From Lingula anatina (Eukaryota > Animalia > Brachiopoda): a stretch of DNA of 64,000 bases. Under the pieces are notes generated by a model. The model did not search any database, had not been told where the DNA came from, and saw only the letters and a list, made by a program, of their open reading frames with translations. The stretch is from NCBI GenBank assembly GCA_051362555.1, contig CM120649.1, forward strand, positions 7,378,001-7,442,000, read 5' to 3'. Shown piece after piece: positions 28,172 to 41,724 of the stretch. Every line of letters starts with the position of its first letter. Position 1 is the stretch's first letter. Position numbers and translations under genes: made by a program.

Positions 28172-28764
28172 TGGGTGAAAGCACTATAAAAGGATACCTG
28201 GTAATTGGATTTAACTATTTCCTTTTGATTTGATCGTCTTTTACGTTAAATTACCCCCTATTTCAATAGGTTATTCATTTCAAAAGACGATAACTTTCAA
28301 ACAAACAATTTCCTACAAAATCCCTGATATCCATCTGTGGTCCTAATTCCCAACAACAATACGTGCAATTTTCGTAACGATTGGTTGCTCAGATAGTGAG
28401 ATATACTTGAACCCGATTCACTTATCTAGTCAATCTAGAAAGCTGTTAAAACAGCCAAAATGTTCACAGGTTAGTTAATAGAGCTTATTAGTCAAATGCT
28501 AAGCTAAGAAATTTACCTGTTATTGGTTATAGGATCAGATGGGACCATTGCTCATTGTCATCTAGAAATATTTTGTTTGGGTGCTTTGAAATGCCAGGAA
28601 ATCGTGTTTTTGTAACATTATTCGATCACGCGTTAGATTTGTAAGCGTGCCGCCATTTTGATTGACAGCTCTGGACAGGGCCCTAGCTTAGTGATGCCGA
28701 GTAGGCTGTCAAGGATATGTAGTAGGAAGCGCTGACAAAGGCGATTGCATTTAACCGCTATTAA

Positions 28765-30990
28765 AGGACAATAATCATATAAAAATCCATTTCTCGAATT
28801 CTGAAGATCCAGCACTTAATCTATACACTACAGTTATGTTTTAATCGATCCCCGTCATTTAAAAATTATAAAAACAATCTATTAGTAGACAAAAAGCGTT
28901 TTAGTAAACCTCACCTCCGAAGCAACAGATCTAGGTCACGTGGTACTGTGACGACAATCACGATAAAGGTCTATGAGACTCAACTGAGCTGCATGGTGCA
29001 TACTGTACAGACGGAGAAGTTAAGGAAAGTTGTGTTGAACGGAGTTGAGGAATTTTCGTTATGCCTCGGTGTGTTGCCGTGGGATTCACCAAAATTGCAG
29101 CTCTCTTTGACAATCTTTCTTTGTCTGTGACGGTCTTCCGTGACTTACTAACTTCGGTGACAATACATGTAGTTGCGATGCTCTAGATCATGGTCACCTC
29201 AGGTGGTTTAGATCATATCAAGAGCTGGTAGTCTTTCAGATTAACTGTCATCAGTTGGCAAACTTACTGATTGCTGATGCATTTTAAATGCATTGTAGTT
29301 GACCAAAAGCTCGTTTACAACAAACCTGTTAATTATGCACCGCTGCACTTCCCAACCCAGGTAATAACAGGTATCAAAATCGTCTTGGTGGGCTTTCATA
29401 TTTTTCAAAATATCTCATTTATTTCATGGGGTGATTTTATTGGTATTTGTAAATGACGTTTAATATCAATATTTAAACAATTGAGTTCAAACACCGTCGC
29501 GAACATTAATAAAAGTAATTGCTCTCAGGGTAACTTGAAACATGCGTATGCCCAGGCATTACTTCCGTGGAAGAAAACGTGTTGAAGAACAAACAGAAAA
29601 AAGAGCGGTATATTAAAGAAAAAAATAGGAACTTATGTACTAAAATGGTTCGTAATCCTAATTCGTTTATGCTTTGAGGATTTGTTTCTGAATGTTATTT
29701 CATCTGAAGTATAAAATAATTTGAAAGATTTATCATTTTATACCTTGAAATACAAGTTCTGCGTCTGTACACAAAACTTTTTGCAAATTTGTATGCTTTG
29801 TCAAACCCAAAAACATGTAGCAGATCAAGGTAAAAGAGCATTGTTTGCTATAAGTAGCATGGGAAAAATCATTACTTGAATGTTTACTAAATGTGCAGTT
29901 TTACATACGTGAGTATAAAAAAATAAAAAAATTCCAAGCACGTACAGCAAAATGTAGACTAACGCAAAACATCAAGAACAGCGTAGTCCCAGCAAATGTG
30001 CCCCATATAGTAGCTTAATTTCCATTAATAATAAAATCATCATTTAAGTCAAACATTTTCTGTCGATTTAATAAATGTTCTAATTTATCCAGAACGGTAT
30101 ATTTATTTAAGAGGAGGCTAACTGAAATATAGTTTTATTATTTGTTTATTTTGTATTTGAAAATTGCCCATGTCACCCTGTTAATTAGAAGGTCTAAGCT
30201 GGATCAAGTCCGTGCTAAAATTCCTATGAAGCTGTGCAGGAAAAATTCTTCCTTTGTTTCTCTAGCTCCTCAATAAACCCGGTGTTCAGATTTTATCTAG
30301 TACCCCCAGGTCGTCGGGAGCTGCTCTTTGAAACTAAAGCACAGGTAGATTTTTACCTGAGATAAATATCGCCAGCCATTTAACCCTCTAATTAAGAGGT
30401 AAAGGAAGTTCCAGTTAGATGGATGATTAAGATGGGACTTGTAAAGGTAACGGGCATCGTTTACCTCAGTTTAAGAAAAGTATCCAAGACGGAGTGTCAG
30501 CGGTTTAATAAAATTAATTGAATTTCACAAATAACATGGCCCTCATATGCAATAATCCACAGTACCCTTTACTCATTCAAATGCAGTGTTTTATACAACT
30601 TGGGATAACCATAATTAAATGCTCGTTAAAGAATTGACTAGACGGGAATGGTTTTACACAGCTTCATGAGGATTTAGATCCCTCGGGTAAGAGATTTGAA
30701 TGAGTATTAACTTTTATCAGAAGCCAGAGAAGTCATCTTACAGGTAGACAATGCAGCTCAGTTTGACAGCTAAGCACGCTCTGTTCTCCAGTGGCTCGAT
30801 TGTCGTCATCGGACCACGTGACCACGTAGCTCATTAACTCCCAGGCCGAGCAAATAGGACGTTTTGTAAAGCCAAAAATTTACAAAATGAGCTTTTAATT
30901 TGTGTATTTGGATAAAGATATCGTTAGTTGGGCATGTTTTCTGAAGAATATGTTCCGTTGAGGCCATTCTGACGGTATGAAGCAAATCCT
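28765..30990 (+). mobile_element. Decayed Kolobok-like DNA transposon
   Basis: ttaa|AGGA...TCCT|ttaa ends; subterminal inverted blocks (ggtcacgtggt..gacgacaatc and aactgagctgcat at ~28934-28996 vs ~30750-30824); THAP-like start MPRCVAVG at 29061. Confidence 0.55.
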
Positions 30991-31151
30991 TTAAGAGGTG
31001 TGAAGTTGCATTTGAACGTTTCTATGGGCCTTCATCGGCAATCGAGCAAATTTACCTAGGAGCTTCCTCCTCTCTTATCGGCAAAGTGTTCAGATGAAAT
31101 TGTTTGTATCTGTCGAGAGAAAGTGGCCGTCACTTGTGTAAATACCGTTCA

Positions 31152-32351
31152 GCTACCCTGTTATTATCGCACTCGTCAATTGTATTTTAAACACTAAATT
31201 AAGTGTGTAACCTTCAACTGGTACTTGGAATAAATATACACATATGAGCGCTATGTACATGTATATAATAGGATTCTATCTAGAGTTTAAATAACTATGA
31301 ATATTCTTTTTTTTATCGTTAGTATATGGCTATTCCATAATGTCTATGTATACTTATCCAACTCTTCAAGGGTTGCCAAATCATTTAATTAAAATCATAA
31401 TTATTCCTTAGAATTTTAGAAATTATATAAAAGGATTTTTTTGTGTTCAATCTTTTCCTTATTATTCTTGTTATGACCAATTTTCTTTCCTTTTCGCACA
31501 AAACACCGCAATTGTCAAAACCTAATGTCTAATAGGATCACCATGTTCAACAGGTTGTCAGCTTGTTATCGGGCTGTCAAGTAGCTGACTGGCGGAAAAA
31601 TTGCGCACGGTAACCGTGGGCGACTTGCTTTGAAATCATTAATGATATACTTATATAGTGACAACAAGTTTTCTGAGAAGAAAAATGTCGGGAATATCTC
31701 AAATTTTTGACTCGTGTTAACCATCAGCTTGTACTCAGTACTTACCTACGAAAAAGACGTTTTCTTGAAGTTTCGAAAATGGGAATGATGACAATGATGC
31801 CATTCTTTAAATCTGCAAAATTTTATTCTAAGTCAGCAGCATTTAGAATAAAATCAGTTGTTATTATGATTGTTATCGGTTTGGATTTTCGATCTGACAA
31901 TATTCACGCAGTATTGACCGCTGACCCCTCCATCAATTACTGAATATACACAAAACCTAGGAAAGTCCTCTATAAGGTCTCTCATTATGAAAAATCTCCC
32001 AATTGAAATGTATTATATCAAAACAAATGTATCTTAATTAATTTGATAGATTCAAATTAATCATCAACCTTATCTAAGATAAGGGCCTGTGACATGTTTA
32101 GTCGTATGTGGGTCATTCCGTGGGTTCTGGAAATAGTTTTTTTTTACTTATCAACAAAATGCAGTTCAGCGACGATTTGGCTGAGTATTTTGTGGCATTA
32201 TGCTCACAAAACAAAATCAATGAAAATTGATTTTATAAATCGAATCAAAATGGAAATATTGATAACATGTTATTACCGCCGATTCTATTGACGTTATGGT
32301 GTTTTATGGTATTTGATCACGACTGTTTTTATCTTTTGTGCCATCTTTGGT

Positions 32352-32445
<94 letters not shown>

Positions 32446-33343
32446 TATCAGTAATAAAGTTCTTAAAGTCTCGGTCTTTTCTTCTATAATAGTGTTACAT
32501 TTAACAAATCCCTGTCGTTTTCAAAGAAATCACCGTACATGACAAAACATATTGCCCTTCATCACCAATGTCTTCGTGACTTAGGTGTTATTTCCTGAAA
32601 GGTTGTCAAAGGTTTCCAAAGGGTTGTCCTAGTAGCAATCAGAGTGGTCTCATCCTCGATATACTGGTAATTATCTTCCATGAAACCTAATATTTCGTTT
32701 GTGTTAGATTTTGCTAGAAGTTGTGACATTAAAATGTTATGAAAATTCAGCTGGCTGGCCATTTTAAGCTGGACGTACATGTAGATGTAGGCTGAGGCGT
32801 GTGAGCGAAGAACAAGTGGATTTTCAATAGACATGGTAAGATAAGATTTTTTTTCTTTTGGTGTATTGATATACTATTAGAAATACGGGGTATATAATAT
32901 GAGGGCGCGTCGACTTTGCTTGAATGTATAAAGTTACGCTTAGTATCAGTCAACTTGTTTTTAAGTAAGTTGCTGCATCGATCGACAGCGTGAAAAAGTA
33001 CGTCACGGAAAACAGTTTCTTGCGTTGTCACTAACATTTTTCGAATATAAACGATCATATATTCCCATATCTTGGGGCCCAGTATCTCTATGTCCAATCC
33101 TAGCTCTTATTGCGAACCTTATAACATACACTGTAAGCTATGGCATGGAGTCTACTAGATTTTAAATTCATAATTTTAATTTTTAATAGCTGCATCTACC
33201 GAAATTTCACACTGAAATCTCGTTTTTTTTTTCTTCAAATTGTGATTCCCAATCTCTTGAGGAAAGAATTACTTCAGCCGGTACATAATTTTAAATTGAT
33301 AAACAGGTATTAAAAGCTATGTTTTTAGTATTTATGTTTTGCC
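31152..33343 (+). repeat. Non-coding duplication 2, copy B
   Basis: Closely similar to 25967-28171. Confidence 0.9.
32355..32443. repeat. (AAT)n-(ATT)n self-complementary microsatellite
   Basis: Direct reading; shorter version at ~27194-27249. Confidence 0.9.
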
Positions 33344-34499
33344 ATCTTAACCATTTTTAAAATTTTGGTGACATTCGAAGTGTCAGGCTATTACTATTTC
33401 CATAATATGATAAATGTAAGAGGGGGCGGTGGAGAGAGAAGTTGTGTTTTCTGGTCACTCTTTTATTGCAACCTCTCGTAAATTATGCCAGGTGTCCCAC
33501 TCGCAGAACAAGGCCAAAGCCTGTTTTGCTGTCATGTTCTTTGCGTACATGTACATGTACTGGTGCCGGTGTTTAATGATATTGAAACTGACTGCAAGAT
33601 CAGGCTCGAAGCTGGGGGAGGGGGGGTGGTTATGAACGAACCGACCTTTTTGCCGGGAAAATTCAAATCAATCATCAAATTTATAGTATTGGAACAACAT
33701 ACATGTATAAAATTTAAAATGTCCAGAATTAAAAAAGTCCATGCCAGGTCGCATATATACATGTAGTCTCCGCCTCACGCCAATGACCCTTAACCTAAGC
33801 CATGTGACTTATTACAGCACATCTCTCCTTTTTAAAGAAATCACTGAAGTAGATGACAAAACATATTGCCATTCATCACCAGCGATCAAAGTGGTCTAAT
33901 CTTCGAAATGTTGGTAATCATCTTCAATGAATCCTGATATTTCCTTTATTGTGTAAGATTGTGCTGAAAGTTGCTACGTTTAAATGTTATGAAAGTTCAG
34001 TTGGCTGCCCATTTTAAGCAGGACGTACCTGTACGTGTACACCGTAGACGTACGCGTAAGCTGGGAAGCGTGAACGAAGAACAAGTGAATTTTCAAAAGG
34101 TATGGTAAGATGAGAATTGTTTCTTTTGGTGTATTGAAATATTAGTAGAAATACGGGGTATATAACAGAGGGCGCGTAGACTTCGCTTGAATGTGAAATA
34201 AGTTGCTGCATCGATCGCGAAAAAGTACTTCACGGAAAACGGTTTCCTGCAAGGCTGTGCAAAACTTTGTCACTAACAATTATCGAAACAATCTTATGCG
34301 CCAATATCTAGTTATTTTTGCCGTGTCATGGTATGTCCTTCAACCATTACGATGTTGAAAATTCTTAGTTTTTAGATGATTTAACGTCAAATAGACCTAA
34401 GTTACACATAATATCAAACTAGTAGACCTACTGCGTCCTAATTTAAAAAATTTTTAAAAACTTTAAAGATCCTATCGAAAAATGTGATCTTAAACAAGT

Positions 34500-34770
34500 C
34501 TGTAATTACAAGCTATTGGGTGCTGAATGAACATTTGACTTACCTGAAGTGATAACATCATGCAAGTTTTGAAAAAAGCTAGGCAGCGAATGTACTTTTT
34601 AAGGAAATTAAACGCTTTTACCAGAAATGTGTCCATTTTAACAAACTTTTATAGGTGTTTGTGTTATAAAAAAAGTATTTTAACTTCTGCATTAGTCGTA
34701 TGGCAAGGGCGTGCAACTGTAGAGAAAAAAAAGCTGGAAGATTTGGTTAAAACAGCAGGAGACAGATCTC
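34500..34770 (+). mobile_element. Decayed 3' fragment of a LINE ORF2 (CR1/L2/Rex-Babar group)
   Basis: KKARQRMYFLRKL...LTNFYR...SILTSALVVWQG resembles the conserved region following the reverse transcriptase. Confidence 0.7.
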
Positions 34771-35608
34771 ACCTCACGTTTTTTTTTATTCAAATTGTGA
34801 ATCTCTTATTTGAGCAGCGAATTACCTTGAGTACATTATTTTAAAGTGAAATAGTATAGTATTTATCTATTAACGTGACATGTCATGTGATATAGATATT
34901 CCAATCACCCTGCCTCATGGGCCTACAAGTCACTGCGAACTTTGTACATGTATCAGAAACAAAAATATTAAAATCTACGTTTTCGGTGTTAATGTTTTAC
35001 CATCTTAAACAATAACCTTTTTTTAATTTTTAGACACATGAACTTTTCTTGGGTAAAAGATCAATTTTTGAAATTGCAGGTTATAGGACTGTGCATTTTC
35101 ACTAAATGCAGCATTGTCTAGAGGTCCTTCAAATCTCTAGATGGTCCCTCTTTCGCTTTCGTGTTAAAAAGAGATTGCGCAGGTATGTTAAAATGATACG
35201 TCTACGACACTTGTTCACCCTCATTCTTCAGCGTTCAAGACATGGATAAAGTGACCAAAAGGAGGCCTAAATTCTCTCTACCGGGGTGACAGGTTAATTT
35301 TTCTCCAGGAATACAACTGTAGCCGTATGAATGTATTTTCTTCACTCGTGTTCGTCTTTTGTTTTGTCACGTGGGCGTCATCTTACTCTCTCATTCCCAT
35401 TGGTCATCTTTCCCGCCTTTCGTCGCTTATAAATATCGTCGCCGCCCTTTTTCTGTGATTGTTCTTTGCTCATCGCTCTTTATATATTTACAGATGGTAT
35501 GGAATAAATAAGAACAAAGAGAAATAGACTTTGTTGTGAACCGTTGCACAACGAAATATGTTTGCATCTGTTTTTTTCTTGACATTTTTTTCTCGTGTCC
35601 AGCAAATA

Positions 35609-35917
35609 TTTACCTCCGCCAAGGGGTTATGTTTTCACCCCTGTTTGTTTGTTTGTTTGTTTGTTTACCTGTTTGTCATCAACATAACTCAAAAAGTTAT
35701 GGATGAATTTCAATGGAATTTTCAGGGTAGGTCAGAAATGGGTTAACTTAGAAGTGATTTGGTTTTGGTGGTGATCCGGATAATAATCAATCAATAATCA
35801 ATAATCAAAAGTAAAAAAACTAAATCATTATAGAATGAAATTTTAGGGGTGAAACGGCATTGGGTAGAGACTTTTCTACCTGGGCGGAGGTCTGCGCTCT
35901 CGGAGTGCTTTTCTAGT
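35609..35917 (+). mobile_element. Non-autonomous Helentron-associated element (HINE/DINE-1-like)
   Basis: Subterminal IR acctccgcc / ggcggaggt, (GTTT)n near the 5' end, 3' hairpin gcgctct-cg-gagtgc, CTAG followed by a T-run; a degenerate relative at ~51503-51630. Confidence 0.8.
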
Positions 35918-36577
35918 TTTACTTGGAATTATTTTTGCACCACTCAGCTGTCCTCAGGTACCGTGTATAGAGTACGCTCTAAACATATGTATGAGTAGAT
36001 TCTACGACAATTCCCCCCCCCCCCCCCGGACAATTCCCCCCAGGACAATCCCCCCCCCGGACGATTCCCCCCCAAGAAATATATATTTATATACAAATAT
36101 AAAGTAGAAAGTGTAAAGTTTAAACCATTTCATCCATTTTATTAATATTTTTAGTGTGATAATATAACTTCATCATGAAACAAATTATTTTATAACAAAT
36201 TCCCTTTTCATTGAGTACAAGTACAGGAAGATTTATTAAGTATGTATTCGAAGTATAACCACCTATCATTCAGGTAAAAGTGGGGTAAACAGATGAACAG
36301 ATAAACAGATATTTTATAAATATTTTTAGTGTGGTGGGTGGTGGTCAAGCAATTAAAAGTGACAAATAGTCACAGGGATACCTGGATAAGCGAGAAAATC
36401 TGTTCACCCCACCTCTCCCTAGAGATGAACCTTGATTCAAGACTTACTGAATCAAGGGGTGGGGGGGAAAATAAAGCAATTAAAATTAACAGTTACTTCA
36501 TCAAAAGGCTACCTGGATGAGTGAGATCATCTGTTTACCACTCCTTTACCTGGAGATATACAGTGGTAGTAATAATT

Positions 36578-36812
36578 TTGTTTCCGTTGTACACCGGTTT
36601 AACAAAGTTCGAAATGTTTTAATCCCTATCTGGTGAATAGAAGGGGGCGGACAAACAATGGAGGGCCGTATAAATCCCTTCAAAATTCGAACGCACAAAC
36701 ACAATATCTTAGGTGGAATAACACGAGCGCGACAATCCGTTGTAACTACATGTAGGTGTAATTAACAGCAGGATACATCAACCAGAAGGTCCCCATTGTT
36801 TGTTGCGGCGAT
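36578..36812 (+). repeat. Direct repeat R, copy 1
   Basis: gtttccgttgtacac...aggatacatcaaccagaa...gtttgttgcggcg also present at 41725-41997. Confidence 0.9.
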
Positions 36813-36816
36813 AGGA

Positions 36817-37305
36817 TGTTCCCGGTGGCCACTTGTCCCTGGTGTCCCCCCTGTGCCCGGTGTTCCACTCGTTGCTGGTGGGCCACTTGTACCTGGTGGT
36901 CCTCCTGTTCCTGTTGGCCCTGTTTTGCCTGGTGGCCCTACTGTTCCAGGTGGACCCCCTGTTCCCGATGGGCCCCTCTGTTCCTAGTGTCCCGGAAGTT
37001 CCTGGCGGTCCTGCTGTTGCTGGTGGTCCTCCTGTTGCTGACGGTCCTCCTGTTCCTGGTGGTCCTCCTGTAGCGTGTGTCCCTCTGGTTTCTGGTGGGC
37101 CTCCTGTGCCCTCTGGACCACCTGTGCCAGAAGGACCTGCAGTACCTGGTTGTCCACTTGTGCCTAATGCCCCCTTTGTCCCTGGTGGTCCTCCTGTTCC
37201 TGGCGGATCTCCCGTTCCATATGGACCCCCTGTACCTTGTGGACCACCTGTCCCTGGTGGACCCCCTATAACCGGTGGACCACTGGTTGTATGTGCTTAG
37301 GACCT
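36817..37305 (-). pseudogene. Decayed copy of the GPP-repeat exon
   Basis: Shares diagnostic variants with 39424-40347 ([20 protein letters not shown]), has a frameshift near 36970 and no clear acceptor; lies beyond a minus-strand AATAAA at 37554-37559. Confidence 0.7.
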
Positions 37306-37760
37306 CTTGCACATGTGACTCTTTGCTGTTCTACAAATGTATTCTGTATGTACAATAACAATAATAACACAGTATAATGTATTGCCTGTGTTTAATAATG
37401 TTCTGACAAGCGCATGACATGTTTGGCACATATGATTCATTTATGTCTAAAAAAAAAGGCTCATTTCAAGAACGTTTTTGTGATCAGAAACCATAAAATA
37501 ATTCAGCACAACCGACGGACTATTTTTGTAATCACAGTTTTAACTAAAGAGTTTTTATTGTATACCAAACCTCAAAATTACTTTGACCTCACCCATCAAA
37601 ACTTACTTTGTTAAAACAGTCCCTATAATATAATTACATCGATCTTGTATCTCCTTGGAAAGTGAGTTTTTAAATCCAGTTACAAGCTAAGCTTAAATAA
37701 GTACATGGTAATTAATTCCCCGCGATTGCAGTAAATGGTTGGAGACCTTCTCAGGTTTAA

Positions 37761-40646
37761 CTAACATAAAAGTTTTTGTCGCAATTTAGCGATGGCGGCT
37801 TTCTCTCTGCGTCGCGCCCGGAAGTAAACAATGTATATGGCAATGGTTCCAATGAGCACCGTCCCTATTATGCAGCCTAGGGTGATTTGGTGTTTTATAG
37901 CCGCATCCAGCTTTGCCTTAAGGTCTGTGGATGAAACATTAAAATCGGTGTAGACAGATATCAAAGTGATTGTAAAACAGAACAGATTAGGAAAAGTTCA
38001 AATAATGATTTACTTTGTAAGTTTCTGATTGAAGTGAACCTGAGTAATATTGTCAATCATGTTTTGGAAATTTTAAATTTTTCACTTAATCCCAATTCAA
38101 ACTGAAAGTGTGCCTGTGAAAGCTTTCACCTCAACACTTGGGAATCCATCAGCCATACGGAAGTTATGAGACAGTGTATAGTGAACAGTTTAGTGAGAAC
38201 TGATCACTATTAAACTGTCCCAGAGCTGGAAAACTTTGTGCCACCCCTCACCGTCTCACCCCAGTTCTTTTTAAGTGAGGTCCCCGGCCCTGATTGAATG
38301 ATCGTGTGCCTCTGTGGAAGTGAAAAGTTTAAAATTTTCTCAGCACGGCTTAAGTTTGTTTCATTGTCTTCAAGTGATTCATTTAATAGACACTAGATAC
38401 TTACTCGTCATAGACTTATTTAAAATTAATTTAATATTTTTGCTTTACTCCCTGTAAAGAGAGACAATTTACGAAAATTCGCCCGTTGCCACTCCTATAT
38501 ACATTATTATATATGCTCTATATGCACAACAGGAGTAGTAAAACGTGAACAGAGACAGAGAATGAGCGAGAGAGGTTGACAAAATGCCCCACAAACCTGG
38601 GCTTATATCTTCTGCATCTATTAATTTTCCGTGAGGCCCGTCAACTGGTACGTGTTGCATCCCAGCAGTAACAGCAGAACTCGTGACCACTGAAGGGGTA
38701 CCCGGTGGACTCAGCTGTCTTCCAGGACGCATTTGCACCATTGTCATGGTATCACCCTTCTGTCCTTTCTGTCCAATGGCACTCATCCCCTTCATTCCTT
38801 TTATCCCCTTCATTCCTTTCATGCCCATTTCTCCTGTCGCACCAAAATTCCCTACATTTCCCCCCATTCCCCTCTGACCTTTTTGACCCTTTATGTCACC
38901 AGGCGGTCCGACCATACCTTTCAAACCTGTAATATTGACATCCTTAATGTGTCAATACATTATTCACAATAAGTGAAATCCAGCTCATATAATACTAGTT
39001 CTCGGCGATTTCATAAAATGTGATTGTTATTAATTGTTCTTTCTAGAAATCCATTTTATGCCAGTTAGACTTTACCAGGTGTACTAATGGACATCCTGGG
39101 AAATGTTTAATTTTATCCCCAGGGTGCAATCATTACCCACGCCCTTTTCCATACATTATTTAACTACAATATCTTCTATATTTCCCTGTCATCAAGTCGG
39201 TTAACTAGGCATAAGGGGTGGTAGTTTGAGTGTGTAAACAATATTGTTGAATCTGGAGAATTTTTACCTGGAAAAATATTGATTTCATGCTTCCCTCCCT
39301 TAATCAAATTTAGGCAGCTTTCAGGTATGACCGACTGAATAACCATACTGCGGATGAAGTTGAAGAAAAGTTGTCTATATAACAAAGGTAATGTTCAGTT
39401 TGATTTATTTCCTTTGGTCTTACCTTTGGGTCCTTCTGTACCTGGGTGTCCACCAGTACTTATTCCTTGTGGACCTCCGGTTCCTGGGGGACCGCCTGTT
39501 CCTGTTGGTCCTCCTGCACCTGGTGGCCCTCCAGTTCCAGGTGGTCCTCCAGTTGCCTGTGATCCTCCTGTCCCTGGTGGTCCTCCTGTCCCAGGTGGCC
39601 CTCCAGTTGCCGGTGGTCCTCCTGTCCCTGGTGGCCCTCCAGTTCCAGGTGGCCCTCCAGTCGCTGGTGGTCCTCCTGTCCCAGGTGGCCCTCCTGTTGC
39701 CGGTGGGCCACTTGTCCCTGGTGTCCCCCCTGTGCCCGGTGGTCCACTCGTTGCTGGTGGGCCACTTGTACCTGGTGGTCCTCCTGTTCCTGTTGGCCCT
39801 GTTGCTCCAGGTGGACCTCCTGTTCCCGGTGGTCCCTCTGTTCCTGGTGGCCCCTCTGTTCCCGGTGGTCCCTCTGTTCCCGGTGGCCCTTCGGTTCCTT
39901 GAGGGGCTCCTGTACCTGGTGGTCCTCCTGTCGCTGATGGTCCTCCTGTTCCGGGGGGTCCTCCTGTACCTGGTGGACCACTTGTTCCAGGAGGTCCCTG
40001 TGTACCTGGTGGTCCACTTGTTCCTAATGCCCCCTTTGTCCCTGGTGGTCCTCCTGTTCCTGGCGGCCCAGCTGTGCCTGGAGGCCCTCTTGTTCCAGAT
40101 GAACCTCCTGTGCCAGGAGGCCCTCCTGTACCTGGTGGACCACCTGTACCTGGAGGGCCATCTGCACCTGTTGGGCCTCTTGATGTTCCTGGCGGGCCGC
40201 CTGTTCCTGGTGGTCCTCTTATACCTGGTGGGCCCCCTGTTCCTGGTGGGCCCCCTGTTCCTGGCGGCCCAGCTGTGCCTGGAGGCCCTCCTGTTCCTGG
40301 TGGACCACATGTCCCTGGAGGCCCTTCTGTTACCGAAAAACCCACAGCTGAAAATCATCGTAAAAAGACAGTAGAGTTGGGCGTTAAATTGATCTACGAC
40401 TGAAAAATTTAATTAACTAATAAAATTAAATATATAAATGCTATAACAACTGCTTTTTTATCTTTTACAAATTTTATTTTATTTCAATTTAATTACTAAA
40501 TAGTAAAATTGCTTACATGCGGTCTCAGGTAGTTCTAATATGGCCGGGTCGCAAGAGGAAATGCCTGTAGAGTAATAGGAAATACACGTGTAGAATTTAT
40601 CAAATTATCAGATACGCTGTCATACGTTTTCTCCTCCTGTATAAAA

Positions 40647-40693
<47 letters not shown>

Positions 40694-40761
40694 TATTTCT
40701 TACCTGATACGTCACGAACCAAAGCACACAGGATTACAATTTTAAGCCAGTGTAGCTGCAT
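37761..40761 (-). CDS. Type I transmembrane collagen-like protein, ~507 aa; exons 40704-40761, 40517-40564, 39424-40347, 38597-38926, 37761-37924
   Basis: All four introns are GT-AG and phase 1, and the joined frame is open (1524 nt): signal peptide [20 protein letters not shown], ~300 aa of (GPPGT[G/E/S])n, a GMK/GQK-rich Gly-X-Y tract, [24 protein letters not shown], basic tail RARRREK. Confidence 0.85.
40647..40692. repeat. (GATA)n microsatellite in intron
   Basis: Direct reading of the sequence. Confidence 0.95.
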
Positions 40762-41166
40762 CCTTCTTTCTATCTGCTCTGAGTCTGATTAATTATGTTT
40801 TTAACAAGGAGGTGTCTCTTTCAGCTGTTGGACAAAAGAAGAGTGCAATATATTTAGCTCAAACATAGAAAAACAAAGCAGTATCAAAGCCAAAGAGTAT
40901 TTTAGCGCACGATTATTCGTTTGTTTTTACACATTTAAGTGTAGCTATTTTCAGCAACATAGACCTTTATCTTAATTTGTTTACTTATATGAAGCTCCCA
41001 TCTAAGTTAAAATTGAATTTATTTGTGAAATAAATAATTGGAAAACGGTTAGCTTTGAATTGACGAAAGATGAAAACATAAGACACTGGTGTTAAAATGT
41101 CAGTTCAAGTGCATTTAATTACATACTGGGTATATAGATATATATACAGTTTGTTATTTACCTTAC

Positions 41167-41270
41167 CGTTTCTTACAGCTACTTCTGTGCGTCTATTCTG
41201 TTTGGTGGTGCGGAATATTCACTCCGTCTGAACAATGACGCCTCTAGTTAATCTGTTTCACGTTTATAGT
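41167..41270 (-). promoter_or_regulatory. Possible TATA-like box and non-coding first exon of the collagen-like gene
   Basis: Minus-strand ctataaa near 41263-41269, donor G|GTAAGG at 41166, acceptor ttttgtccaacag near 40826 upstream of the ATG. Confidence 0.4.
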
Positions 41271-41724
41271 TTATGACACAGGACATAATACTTTTCAATT
41301 TTACTATAACCTTAGGTCAAATGTTGCTCATCCCTCGTCACATGCCGTGGGCAGTATTGTGTATAGAGTACACAAAAATTTTGCAACACTTTGCCTTTCA
41401 TCTGTATTGATATATATTTTGATTGATTTTCTATTGCTATTTATTTCGATTGTGTATTTGTCTAAAGTCTTCAAATATGTGCATGTTACATCGTTATCTC
41501 AGTGATTTCATTTGAAGAATATTTCACAATCCTGGTGTGCCAGTCCCTTTTATCAACCCTGTAACACGCAAATGCGTTTTTATATATCTAGGTGTGTCGT
41601 TAAACGCTTTGAATAAAATAATAACAGTGAACAACGGGACACAATGCACAAGAGGAGCATATTAAAACTGAATGTGCGGAATGAGTTAGCAATCCTGCTT
41701 AATTACAATGGAAGTAACATTTAT

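Noticed and set aside
26560-33097. Pairs of similar short ORFs in duplication 2
   Set aside because: Similarity is explained by recent DNA duplication; starts, stops and frames differ between copies.
39354-40403. Long plus-strand and alternative-frame ORFs over the GPP repeat (e.g. 327-aa Leu/Val-rich, 312-aa Arg-rich)
   Set aside because: By-products of an 18-bp coding repeat lacking stops; only the minus-strand GPPGT frame has phase-consistent splice sites joining a signal peptide and a TM.
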